Below are positions 13,727-26,039 of a DNA stretch of 64,000 nt, piece after piece. The stretch spans positions 45,446,001 to 45,510,000 of the forward strand of contig OX597823.1 of assembly GCA_951406725.2 (NCBI GenBank), written 5' to 3'. The notes below the pieces were generated by a model that searched no databases, had not been told where the DNA came from, and saw only the letters and a program-made list of their open reading frames with translations. The stretch comes from Octopus vulgaris. Its lineage: Eukaryota. The first letter of the stretch is position 1. Every line of letters starts with the position of its first letter. Both the position numbers and the translations under genes were made by a program.

Positions 13727-13896
13727 CTTCTATCTATAAATATTCTAAAATCTACTCAGCCTTGGTTTTTTATCTCATTATGCAAAAAAAAAAATATATA
13801 TATATATATGCATGTATAAATGTGTGTGTGTGCCTGTGCATGTGCGCATGTGTATGTGTGTATGTATGATTGTGTGTGTGTACATGCATGTATGTG

Positions 13897-13939
<43 letters not shown>

Positions 13940-14732
13940 TGAAGCTTTCTAAATATTCTGTGCTAGTCTTTCTTTTTCATTCTGTTTACATGTGATGTTA
14001 ATTTTATTGTTTCTCCCCTAAAATCTCTGGCTTCATTCCAGCATATGAAAAAATTTAATTGTTGAAAATCGTTTTCTTTTAAAATTATTATCATTGTCAA
14101 CAACATCATTTTCATAACCATCCTTTTACTTTCTTTTGTGGGTGGGTGAGTAGGGGAGGGGTGAAGTATTCATCTACATTTTTACTCTTAAGAAAAACGA
14201 TTTTCATATACTCTCTATAGATGTATACATACATAATACATATATATATTTTTTTTTTGCATATACATATACACATATGTGTATGTGCCTCTCTGTGTGA
14301 GCGCGCGCGCACACACACACACACACATACATACACACACACATATATATTTATAGTAAAATAGTTATAACATTAGGTTTTCTGAGATTTTGTTTCATCT
14401 TTTGTATTGTCTTTGCTTTGGCGCCTTTGTAGCAAATATAGGAATTATTATTTCACATAAAAATTTCCAGTTGAGAGATTCAACATTATATTTTGTTTTT
14501 TGATAAGGATTTCTTACATAAACAAAGAAAAATCTGAGAAGCAGAGGGAAAAGGAAAAAAAAGTACGGGGTAGTCATAATGTTCATGCCTTTCATAGGGT
14601 TTTTTTGTTGTTGTTGTAATATAACAGCAAATAAAAACCAAACAGCAAGATTAATTTAAGAATGTACTGTTCTACTGTTTGCATTATAATAAAACAATGA
14701 AACTCACATGAAAAAAACTATGACAGCCATAC

Positions 14733-15032
14733 CTTTTTCATCTTCAGTGTCTTTCTCCACAGAGTCGAAAATATTCCATCAGTCCAGTCATTTGTGGCGA
14801 CATCAAGGCGACCAAACATTTGTGGTGCCGTTATAGCTTTTGGGTTCATTCGCATCTCTTTGTGGAACATCCCACAGACGGTCAGTGCCTTTTGCAGCAC
14901 ATAGATACACTTTGTCTTGCCAGCACCACTTGGTCCCAATGTCATCATTCCATGGCGCACTTTCTGTGTTTCATAGAGTTGTATCAGTTTTAGCACCCAT
15001 GCAGAGTGGGCAATCAGACCAGCTTCTGTTAC
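14733..15032 (-). CDS. DNAH5: Dynein heavy chain exon 10 (AAA2 Walker A)
   Basis: gtacag|GTA...AAG|gtatgg; 300 nt; [40 protein letters not shown]...[29 protein letters not shown]. Confidence 0.97.
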
Positions 15033-15115
15033 CTGTACAGGTAGGGGGAAAAAAAAAAAAAAACGGTGTGGCAAATATATAAGACAATTCTCTTTCTTAT
15101 TATTATTACTATTAT

Positions 15116-16240
15116 TAAGGTGGTGAGCTGGCAGAATCATTAGCACAGCAGGTGAAATTCTTACCAGTATTAAGACTGTCGCTATGTTCTGAGTTCAGAT
15201 TCCACCAAGGTTGACTTTGCCTTTCATTCTTTCAGGGTTGATAAATTAAGTTCCAGTGAAACATTGGGGCTGATGTAGTTGGAAAGTCCCCTCCCACCAA
15301 ATTTCAGGCCTTGTGCTTATAGTAGAAAAGATTATTACTTTTATTAAGGTGGCGAGCTGGCAGAATCATTAGAATGCTGGATAAAGTGCTTAGCGATATT
15401 TCACCTGTCACCACATTCTGAGTTCAAATTCTGCTAAGGGCAACTTTGCCTTTCATCCTTTCAGGGTTTATAAATTAAGTACCAGTTGAACACTTGGGTT
15501 GATGTGATTGACTCATCTCCTCCCCCAAAATTGCTGCCCTTGTGGCAAAATTTGAAACTATCATTATTACTTATTATTAATAAAGTGGTGATCTGACAGA
15601 ATTATTAGCATGCTGGGCAAAAAAGTTTACTAGCATTTCATCCTTCCTTACTTAATGAGTTCAGATTCCACCTTTTCATCCTTTTGGGTTTGATAAAATA
15701 AGTACCAGTTGAACACTGGGGTTGATGTAATCAACTTATTTCCTTCCCCAAACTTGCTGGCCCTGTGCCAAAATTTGAAACCAGTATTATTACTATTATT
15801 AAGGTTGTGAGCTGGCAGAATTGTTAGCATGTCAGGCAAAATGGTTTGTGGCATTTTATCCATTCTTACATTGGGAGTTCAAATTCTACTGAAATTGACT
15901 TTTCTTTTCATCATTTTTGGGTCAATAAAATAAGTAGCAGTCAAGTATTAGGGTCAATGGAATTGACTTTCCCCTCCTCTGAAATACTGGCCTTGTGCTA
16001 AAATATGAATCCATTATTATTGATACCATAATACTATAGTAAGTATTATTATCAGCACTAGGTGTCATCCATCATTTGGTGGATGACACCAAGTGACAAT
16101 AATAATAATACTTTGAGAAAAATAAAGAGAAAAAGAGGGTGGTGAACTGGCAGAATTGTTAGCATGCTGGACAAAATGTTTGGCAGCATTTCTTCGAGCC
16201 TTATAATTTGAAGTCGACTTTGCCTTTCATCCTTGTTGGG
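15116..16240 (+). mobile_element. Head-to-tail array of SINE family B (4 full + 1 partial)
   Basis: Units start aaggtggYgagctggcagaatY(a/g)ttagca at ~15116, 15346, 15583, 15801, 16138; B box gagttcaaattcc; body gtcgactttgcctttcatcctttcggggtcgataaa; (ATT)n spacers. Other copies near 4625, 9684 (dimer), 17370, 30010(-), 40935(-), 47065, 48347, 52370. Confidence 0.88.
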
Positions 16241-16254
16241 GTGGGTGTCGAATT

Positions 16255-16825
16255 TTTGAAAACCTAGATGTAAATTTTATGTCGGACATAAAGCTGTAGT
16301 TTTTAGTGTAACGATCACAGAAATGCAAGAAGTTAACTAAACTGTCTTGTGATCCTTCCCAGACAAAAAGAGGTCATCAACGAAGCATAACCAGAGTAAT
16401 GGTTCATGACCATGCAGGAACTTGAATGTCTTCATTAACTGTGTCTTGAATTTCATCATGAAGACATAAGTGAAATTAACTGCCTTGGGGGTACTCATGG
16501 TGTAACCCCTTGTCTGGTGGTAAAATCTCTGTCCAAGCTTCATTGTGTTACTTTGTAACATAAACTTCAATAACTTACAGGGAAAATTAGATGGAATACT
16601 TTTGTTTGACCGCTTTTCAAACACTTTCATGCATGCTTCCACCTACTCATCATGATCAACATTGGGATATAGTGAAGAAACAGCAGTGGTTATCAAAAAA
16701 AAATTTCTGACACTGCTTTGGTGCTTAGAAAAGTTGTTAATTTTGGACACAAAATCAAAAGTATTCTGAATATAAGAACTTGGTCTTTTTGCTACAGGGA
16801 GTAGAAAGCTATCCAACAGCTCCAA
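16255..16825 (-). mobile_element. Decayed Penelope-like RT fragment
   Basis: LDSFLLPVAKRPSSYIQNTFDF...TTAVSSLYPNVDH...FYHQTRGYTMSTP...PLLWLCFVDDLF match PLE RT motifs (DVxSLY, YxQxxGxAMG, WxRYxDD); one in-frame stop. Confidence 0.82.
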
Positions 16826-17245
16826 AATTTCTAGAACCTTACTAGGTTCTTGTGCATACCGTCTGTCAGTATGTCCCTAGCTTTCTACAAAGCTCCCATT
16901 GCATTGCTATCCCTAGATTGTCATGTCTTTTCTTGTATTCTTTCTGTGTCGGCATGCTACATTCACATACTATATGAGTAATGCTTTCCTCTTTTGATTT
17001 GCATAATCTACACTGGGAATCTACTTGGTTTTTATCCAATTAGTCCTTAATGCTTGATCTTATGCAGCCACTAACAAAGTTTCTGTCTCCCTCTTCAGCT
17101 TTCCTTTCTGCAACCATAACCATGTCTCACTACTACTATTTGCTGCAACTATCTTTGGGAATCTACCATGCAACACCTTCTCCTGCCAGTCAGATAATTT
17201 CTGTTCTTTTTTCTTGTTCTTAAATTTACTTGGGTTTCTGGTTTC
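16826..17245 (-). mobile_element. R4/Dong-clade LINE fragment
   Basis: WQEKVLHGRFPK...TWLWLQKGKLKRETETLLVAA*DQALRTNWIK...CRLCKSKEESITHIVCEC...EYKKRHD...WELCRK. Confidence 0.8.
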
Positions 17246-17338
17246 CCTATGTCTTTCTGTGATCCAGTTTCCCTATGTCTTACTGTGACTCAATTCCCTT
17301 ATGTTTTGCTATGACTCATTTCCCTATGTCTTGCTGTG
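17242..17338. repeat. Minisatellite, ~25-26 bp x4
   Basis: Unit ~tttccctatgtcttNctgtgactca repeated about four times. Confidence 0.8.
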
Positions 17339-17597
17339 GTTATTATGATTATTATTGTCGTTGTTATTATTATTAACATGCTGATTAGCATGATGGTATT
17401 TCTTCCAGCTCTTTATGTTCTGAACTAAAATTCTGCCACAGTAGACTTTGCCTTTCATCTTTTCAAGGTTAATAAAATAAGTACTTGTTAAGCAGTGGGG
17501 TGAATGAAACCAACTAACAGCCCCTCATCCTAAAAATTGCTGACCTTGCACTAAAACTTTAGAGGATTATTTTTTGTATTAATTTTTGTTTTGTTAC

Positions 17598-17705
17598 CTG
17601 AGTGGCAATAGCTGCTTCAATCGAGGGATATCCAGCTTTGTCTAAAGTCATTCCTGGAAACAGGTCATCAATTAGTGACATGAATAATGGTTCATCTTCA
17701 TCCAC
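17598..17705 (-). CDS. DNAH5: Dynein heavy chain exon 9
   Basis: ttccag|GTG...CAG|gtaaca; 108 nt; [36 protein letters not shown]. Not in the ORF track. Confidence 0.95.
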
Positions 17706-17831
17706 CTGGAAACAAATCGAGAATCACAACATTATTCCTGGAAATTGAGGGAAATACTTTAAGTCACTTATGTGCATACATGTTCTTCATGCACTCATAT
17801 GGACACATACATACATATAAACATGTGTATA

Positions 17832-17876
<45 letters not shown>

Positions 17877-18236
17877 TTAAAAGGTTACTGGTCATGGCTG
17901 GTTAGAGAGTGACTATTAGATTCACACCTATAAGGTTTTTAGCAGTATAGATATCTCATCTACACACACACACATACACATACACGTGCACATTTTGTGA
18001 TGGTCACTTTTTTCTTGCTAAATTGAGAAATGCACTATATATTCATTCTCTACATATTCATTCTCTACATATTTATTATTGTTCTTATTTCATGTCCATT
18101 GTCTTTCATCACACACCTGACCTCTTCAGTGACCTTCCTTCTCATGTGTCTCCTGTTCTGTTTCAACACACATCAGGAATCTGACAAAACAAATACATAT
18201 ATATGTGTGTGTGTACATATATATATACATATATAT

Positions 18237-19080
18237 ACAAAATATAGGGGTTTAGTTCACAGGTGGTTTAAACAACTAGGTAAACAGGGTAAGTGCTGTA
18301 ACAGATTACCAGGGCTCCAAGGTTATAGCCACGATGGGAGTTATGGAACTATTGTAGATTTCTGATATAGTGGATATATAATTGTTAGAGAGGACAACAA
18401 ACATTAAGGTAAGACAAAAATCTCAAGTCATATACATTATTATTATTGGCAAAATTCAAAGACTTACAGCTGTTTCTGTGATATCCCAGAGTATGGGATG
18501 TTCTGTCATCTTTCTCTTTACCCCTTAATAACAACCTCTGCTACCATTCTCTTATGGAACATCAATATGTTCATGTCTATTTCTGGTTATTTATTCTGTT
18601 AAGGTGTCAACCAACATGGATTTACGCAGGATTGCACCTAAGGACTTATGGACTAACATTTACACAATCAGAAAGTTGAACTGTGAACTTTTACACTTCT
18701 TTTTTCTTCTCTTTCTTCTTTTTCTTCATCTCCTTATCCCTTTTCTCCTGTCCTCTATGCCATCATTTCATTAATCTATACCATTCTCATTTTCCCTATT
18801 TGTCTCCAATGATAGAATATCTCATACTCTGGGATATCCAAGAAACAGCTGTAAGACTGAATTTTTCCAATAATAATAACGTATATGACTTGAGATGTTT
18901 GTCTTGCCTTAACGTTTGTGGTCCTCTTTAACAATTACATATCCACTATATCAGAAATCTACAATAGTTCCATAACACCCACCTTGGCTATAACATTGGG
19001 GCCCTGGTAATCCATTACAGCACTTATCCAGCGTACTTAGTCATTTAAATCACCTGTGAACTAAACTCCCCATATTTTGT
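18237..19080. mobile_element. Inverted pair of ~270-bp repeats (putative Penelope pseudo-LTRs) between (TA)n arrays
   Basis: 18237-18510 is the diverged reverse complement of 18810-19080, with a ~300-bp spacer; the inner end of each arm carries the hammerhead-like motif; a further fragment lies at ~19140-19180. Confidence 0.75.
18802..18857 (+). ncRNA. Degenerate hammerhead-like motif in right arm of inverted repeat
   Basis: GTCT CCaATGA tagaATATCTCA tactc TGGGATATccaa GAAA CAGCTG TA AGAC; a truncated mirror copy lies on the minus strand at ~18461-18510. Confidence 0.5.
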
Positions 19081-19082
19081 GC

Positions 19083-19137
<55 letters not shown>

Positions 19138-19178
19138 ATGTTTATCTTACCTTAATGTTTGTTGTCCTTTTTAACAAT

Positions 19179-19212
<34 letters not shown>

Positions 19213-19648
19213 CACACACACATATATGAACTGGGTGTGTGGTACGTAGCTTGTTTACCAGCCACATGGTTCCTGGTTCAGTCCCACTGTGAGGCACCTT
19301 GAGCAAGTGTCTTCTACTATAGCCTCAAGCTGACCAAAGCCTTGTGAGTGGATTTGGTAGCAGGAAACTGAAAGAAGCCTGCTGTATGTATGTATGTATG
19401 TATGTATGTATACATATATAAATATTGTGTTTTGCAATATTTTACTTGTCAAGTTACAGCAAAAACAATCCAGTGTTGAAAGTAGAGGCCATCATTTTGC
19501 AATATATATGACATCATATGGATAAACTTATGCTTATATATTTTATTTTAACATGTTCTGAGAGAGGAAATACTGGGGATAAATCAGGCAGTTCTTTCAT
19601 AAATGTTTCCTTACTCCACAACCAGTACATGTACACATATGCACATGT

Positions 19649-19696
<48 letters not shown>

Positions 19697-20719
19697 CAAA
19701 CTTCTTTTAGTTTCCTCTCTACCAAATCAATTCACAAGGCTTTGGTTGGCTTTAGGCTATAGTAGAAAACACATGCCCAAAGTCCAATGAAATGGGACTG
19801 AACCCTGAATTATGTGGTTGGGAAGCAAGCCTCATAACACACTGCCACATCTGTACCTTTGTGTACTTGTGAGAAATAAATTTTGAAAATCAATATAATG
19901 TGTGAAGACAAATGTACCGAAACGAACTATGTGCTGGATGATATTGTTTACTGAAAATGCAACTATGAACAGATATAAAGAATTACAAAACAATATCTAA
20001 ACTTCTGAATGTTTAAAGCTATTTAATATCAGATTTTATTATTTTTTGAAATAATGTCACAAACTACAGACTGGTTACCTTTTATATGAATATTTACACC
20101 TACAGTTTATTAAAAAAAAATTTAAGAGATTTTTATTTCCATTTTCACAGTTTCTTCTTTAGGAGAATGTGTAACTGAGAATTTGACAGGAAGATTATCA
20201 GAGAATTTCACTTCCAGAGAGGGATTCACGAACAAAAGTATCCACACAATGGTTATCATATACAATGCAAATGAACATGTATATTAACGCATATACACAG
20301 TAATGTACACACATACACACAAACACACACACACAGACACAAACACACTCACACACACACTTCCTTGCCCCCACACCATTACACCCACACATTACAGATG
20401 CACCCACACATGCACACATCAAGGTCACCAACCGTTATCCACACACACACAATTACATACTCTCACATACGCATGCACACGCACCTTTCTTTTGGGATCA
20501 TCAATACTTTATTATCTCCCTTCCTCCTTGCTCTCCTATCTACTACCTCTGTCCAGCCAGCCACCATGATTGACCGCTAGCCCCTAAATCTTTTCTTATT
20601 CTCTCCCTGTTTAATTCCTTGTGTTCCTTTCTGTTGAAGAGCATAGGCTCTGTTTATACACCTGTCTTCATCTTGTGTTTTTCTGTAAATTCTAAGTATA
20701 TATATATGCACGTATGTAT

Positions 20720-20790
<71 letters not shown>

Positions 20791-20845
20791 CATACATATA
20801 TATGCATATATATATATATATTCAGGAAGGAAGGGAAGAAGGAGG

Positions 20846-20880
20846 GTTTAACGTTTCAAGTGGAGCTCTTCATCAGAAAC
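20846..20880 (-). ncRNA. Minimal hammerhead ribozyme-like motif
   Basis: Minus strand: GTTT CTGATGA A GAGC TCC ACTT GAAA CG TT AAAC; helix I GTTT/AAAC, loopless palindromic helix III (ACGT), one mismatch in helix II. Confidence 0.68.
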
Positions 20881-20973
20881 ATAGGAAAAGGAAATATCCA
20901 GAGAAGGGAAGACGGAGGAAAAAAAAATCACCAACGGTACACACGCGGTCACATTTTGCGTATATACATATAC

Positions 20974-21039
<66 letters not shown>

Positions 21040-21060
21040 GTATCTATCTATATATATATA

Positions 21061-21452
21061 GGCACAGGCATGGCTGTGTGCTAGGAAGCTTGCTTGCCAA
21101 CCACATGGTTTTGGGTTCAGTCCCTGGACAAATGTTTTCTACTGTACCCTTGGGCTGACCAAAGCTATGTCAGTGGATTTGGTTGATGGAAACTGAATGA
21201 AATATGTCCTATATATAAATATATTATGTGTGTGTATTTGTGTCTGTGTTTGTTACCCTCTACCCCACCATCACTTAGAAACGATGTTGGTGTGTTTACG
21301 TGCCCATAACTTAGTGGTTCAGCAGAAGATACTGATAGAATAAGCACCAGGCTTACAAAGAATAAGTCTAGGGGTTGATTTCATCAACCAAAAGGCAGTG
21401 CTGCAGCTTGGCCGAACTCAAACGACTGAAATGAGTAACAGAGTAAAAGAGT
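21061..21452 (+). mobile_element. SINE family A, full length
   Basis: Same structure; in (TA)n. Confidence 0.85.
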
Positions 21453-21453
21453 A

Positions 21454-21513
<60 letters not shown>

Positions 21514-21561
21514 GTGTATATATATATGAATATATATATATGTATCAATGTATATCATGTG

Positions 21562-21598
<37 letters not shown>

Positions 21599-21973
21599 AG
21601 CTTGAACAGGAAGTCGTGTTCTTGCTTGTTTCCTGTCCAAGCTTGATTTACACGTTCACTACCACAACCAGATTTAGGCTCAGCAGCCTTTCCTGTTTGT
21701 TTTCACTGTCCTGTTTGTGTTACCAATTTTGTGCAGGTGGCATGTAAAAAACACCATTTTAGCATGGCCATTGCCAGTACCACCTGACTGGCCCTCATGC
21801 CGGTGACACGTAAGAGCACCCACTACAATTTTGGTTGGCATTAGGAAGGGCATCAAGCTGTAGAAACTCTGCCAGATCAGATTGGAACCTGGTGCAGCCA
21901 TCTGGCTTGCCAGTCCTCAGTCAAATTGTCTGACCCATGCTAGCATGGAAAGTGGATGTTAAACGAACGAACG

Positions 21974-22063
<90 letters not shown>

Positions 22064-22879
22064 GTATGTATCTATTTATGTATGTATTTGTGTGTCTGTG
22101 TTTGTCCTCCTAACATCGCTTGACAACCGATGTTGGTGTGTTTACGTCCCTGTCACTTAGCAGTTCAGTAAAAGGGACTGAGAGAATAAGTACTAGGCTT
22201 GCAAAGAATAAGTGCTGAGGTTGATTTGTCCGAGTAAAGGTGATACTCCAGCATGGCTGCAGTTAAATGACTGAAACATGTAAAAGAAAAAAAAGAACAA
22301 AAGAAAGAATATACACACACATGCACATCTTTAACTGTTCCAGTCATCAGACTGCAGCTTGCTGCGACACCACCTTGAGGGGTTTAGTGAAGTAAATCTA
22401 CAACAGTATTTAGTTTTTAAATCTGATACCCACTTCATCAGTTTCTTTTGCCAAATTGCTATGTTATGGGGTCATAAACAAACCAACACTGGTTGTTAAT
22501 CAGTGATGAAGGATAAACACAGTTTGTTGAGATAGCTTTCCTATGGTTGGTTGCCTTTCCTGTCACCAACCCTCACCCTGTTTCCATGCAAAATAATGAT
22601 TCCTTGTAGCCATTCACAAAAGAACGGAGATGAGCAGCATCACTTATATGATGGTGATTCTCACAGCCATCACATGATGACAAGATTAAGTGATGCATAC
22701 ATACTGACACACAGAGGAAGCACTCTGCCAATGGTCTTTGATGAGTCTCTGAGAGAAGGAAGGAAAAATTACAGTATACAGATTGCCATAATAGGAATCA
22801 ACACAAGATCAATACATCCACAGATTGGAATTGAATGCTTAGAATAGAGTGGCCACTGCTAAAGCCACTAAAGGACCAG

Positions 22880-23268
22880 ATGTTGATGTAGTTGCTGTTG
22901 CTGTTGAGCGTAATGGTCTTCATTCTATGTAGTGGGAGAAGTCCGAAATGTGGTCCTTTGCTATTTGTAAGACCCGCAGAAGAGAAAGCAGGTCAACCCC
23001 CGACACCGAGAGCATCGACGGATGGATGAATGCGCATCCAGGCTCAGCGGTTGCATAGGAAGTCGGGGACAAGAAACAGGAAGAAAGAGTGAGAGAAAGT
23101 TGGAGCGAAAGAGTACAACAGGGGTCGCCTCCCCACCCTGCTGGAGCCTCGTGGAGCTTTAGGTGTTTTCGCTCAATAAACACACACAACGCCCGGTCTG
23201 GGAATCGAAACCGAGATCCTCCGACTGCGAGTCCGCTACCCTAACCACTGGGCCATTGTGCCCCCACT
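22880..23268 (-). mobile_element. tRNA-derived SINE sharing its head with family D, different tail
   Basis: TGGCCCAGTGGTTAGGG...GGTTTCGATTCCC...gagcgaaaacacctaaagctcca...ctttctctcactcttt; tail ends (caa/cag)n; CpGs largely intact. Confidence 0.8.
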
Positions 23269-23599
23269 GATGTAACTGCAGGCAAGCAATTAGGCTCACC
23301 ACTCAGGAACTTTCACAACTATCTAATAGATTTATGCAGATTACATTGGCTCATTTTCACTGAAAGAGCTTCAGTTGTCCCAAATCAAGAAAGAAGAAAG
23401 TTAACTAAGGTGATGCAGAGTGAAATTGAACCTAACACCACATCACTGTATGATTCAGAAACAAACTTTTCGATCAACAAACCACAGAAAATCGTAATAG
23501 CATTGCATTGTGTTATTTAAATTGAGAGTAAATGATCTGTAAATAATCTGTTTTTAGATTATTTACTTATGACACACAACCCCTCTCACTCTCTCTCCT

Positions 23600-24010
23600 T
23601 CTCATATATATATACACACACACACACACTCATACACACACACTCACACACACATATACACACACATGCACACTCACACACATATATATTATATATAATA
23701 TACATATAAATATACGTACATATATATACAAACATATATACATATATATAAATATATATATAAATATATATAAATATATATATATAAATAATATATTTAT
23801 ATACATATATGAATATATGTGCATATATATAATATATATTTATATATATATATTTATATATATTTTAATATATATCTGCATATCTATGTGCATACATGCA
23901 CATGTGTGTATACATATAAATATATGCTTATATATATGAATATATATGCATGTGTAAATACATATCTTCAAACATGTATGTATATGCATATATATATGTG
24001 CATGTGTGTG

Positions 24011-24053
<43 letters not shown>

Positions 24054-24130
24054 AAATGTATACACACACATACTCACTCACACACATGCACACACACACA
24101 TGTGCACATGCACGCACACACACACAGAGT
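23600..24130. repeat. Long compound (TA)/(CA)/(TG) microsatellite field (representative of dozens in the window)
   Basis: Direct reading; similar fields at 465-670, 11560-11720, 20695-21060, 44490-44675, 57850-58080, 60195-60345, 60650-60860. Confidence 0.9.
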
Positions 24131-24753
24131 ACATATCATAAAATTTTACATAATAATAATTCATAAAATGGGGAAAATATCAAAATATCAATAACATATC
24201 TTCTAATTTCATTCTTAGTTTCAATATTTAGACTGAAACAAAATTGAAACCACCAAATACCTCAGGAGCTTTCAACCAATTACAGTCAATATATGTTCAC
24301 ATACATACATACATATATACAGACTTACATATGTATGTATATGTGTTTGTGCATAAACATGCATATATATATATATATATATATATATGCATATTATGCA
24401 TTAGTAATTTTAACATTAGATTCATATTACCTGGCATATTGTACATTGAATTTTATAAACAATATAGCTACTTCCAATTGAGAGTATTTGTGCAATCTGG
24501 GTGGAACAAGCAACACAATGTATTCTTGTTCAAAGTTTCACTTTACTGAGTCTTTTTTTTTTTTTTACTGATCTTAACATTTGCTTCCAATTTACATTGG
24601 CAAAATACACATACATGCTGGCATGGTTGTATGGCAAGAAGCTTGCTTCCCATCTTCTTCTATAGCCTTGGACTGACCAAATTTTATAAGTAGATTTGGG
24701 AGATGGAAACTGAAAAGAAGCATGTAGTGTGTATATGTATATATATATATATG

Positions 24754-24914
24754 TAGGAGTGGCTGTGTGGTAAGTAGCTTGCTTACCAACCACATAGTTC
24801 TGGGTTCAGTCCCACTGCATGGCACTTTGGGCAAATGTCTTCTACTATAGCCTCGGGCTGACTCAAGCCTTGTGAGTAGATTTGGTAGATGGAAACTGAA
24901 AGAAGCTCATCGTA

Positions 24915-24954
<40 letters not shown>

Positions 24955-25135
24955 TGTGTGTTTGTCCTCCCAACATCGCTTGAAAACCGATGCTGGTGTG
25001 TTTATGTCCCCGTAACTTAGTGGTTTGGCAAAAGAGACCGATAGAATTTATTCTTACAAAGAATATGTCCTGAGTCAATTTGCTTGAGCATGGAAACAGT
25101 CAAAATGATTGAAATAAGTAAAAGAGTAAAAGAGT
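24754..25135 (+). mobile_element. SINE family A, preceded by a deleted 5' half-copy (24617-24722)
   Basis: Same structure. Confidence 0.85.
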
Positions 25136-26039
25136 ATATATATATATAAATATTCATAAGTAGTTAAGTCTATGTCTGGTTATAGAGTGACCAATGATTT
25201 TGCATCCACAAAGTTTCAGACTCTAAAGCCAAAGACAAAAGTAACTCTTCTCCTATGGGAGGCAGAAATCCGTTATGGTCATGTGGCCAGTAAGTCACCA
25301 AAGAATGAATAGTCCAGGGTTAGTGAGGATGGGTTATCTCCCTTATACCAGTGTTTGTGGACCAAAAAAGGGGACGTGGGTTTATCCCTTTGGGCTGATT
25401 TTAGATGGTAAGGACTCTTGTAGGTCTAATTGGAGAATAGGGAATCTCATGCTTTCAGCAGGTAGCGTTTGAAATGGATGCTCGAATGTTTTGTTCATGT
25501 GCCACTGGCACAAGTGCCAGTAAGGCAATGCTGTTAACAATCATGCTCAAATGGTGCTTTTTACATGCCACCGGCACAGAAGCCTGACATCTGCTCTGGC
25601 AGTGCTCCTGCTCAGATGGAGCTCATTATTCAAACCAAGGCTTTGGTGACAAACACTTGCCCAAGGTGCTACTCAATGGAATTGAAATCAAAACCATCTA
25701 GTTGCAATGTAAACTTCTTAACCATACATCAAGGTCTGGCTTCAGGCAAGAACTCTGTTGATTCATAGAGAATTTGAGTGGATGTTAATGATCAGCATTG
25801 AATATGGTTCTATACTTGCTTCCAAACCGTAGGAATACTTCACAGAAGATGAATCAGATGTAGTGTGCAAGGGTGAAGACTGCAGTGGTACAGACAAGCG
25901 ATGACAAGTGATGCAAGGCTGATTGCAGGGCTATGAAACTTATGGAGGAGATGACAAAGAATGGTTGAATGTCCATATTTCAAGTGTTCCTCACTTATGA
26001 GATTTGATGACAAAATTCATTTACAAATATCTATATATA

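Noticed and set aside
15116-16240. CRISPR-like or satellite array
   Set aside because: Units are ~215-bp SINEs also dispersed elsewhere; eukaryotic context, no repeat-spacer structure.
25150-25460. Possible GIY-YIG C-terminal remnant on the minus strand
   Set aside because: Resemblance needs several frame switches; too weak without a profile search.
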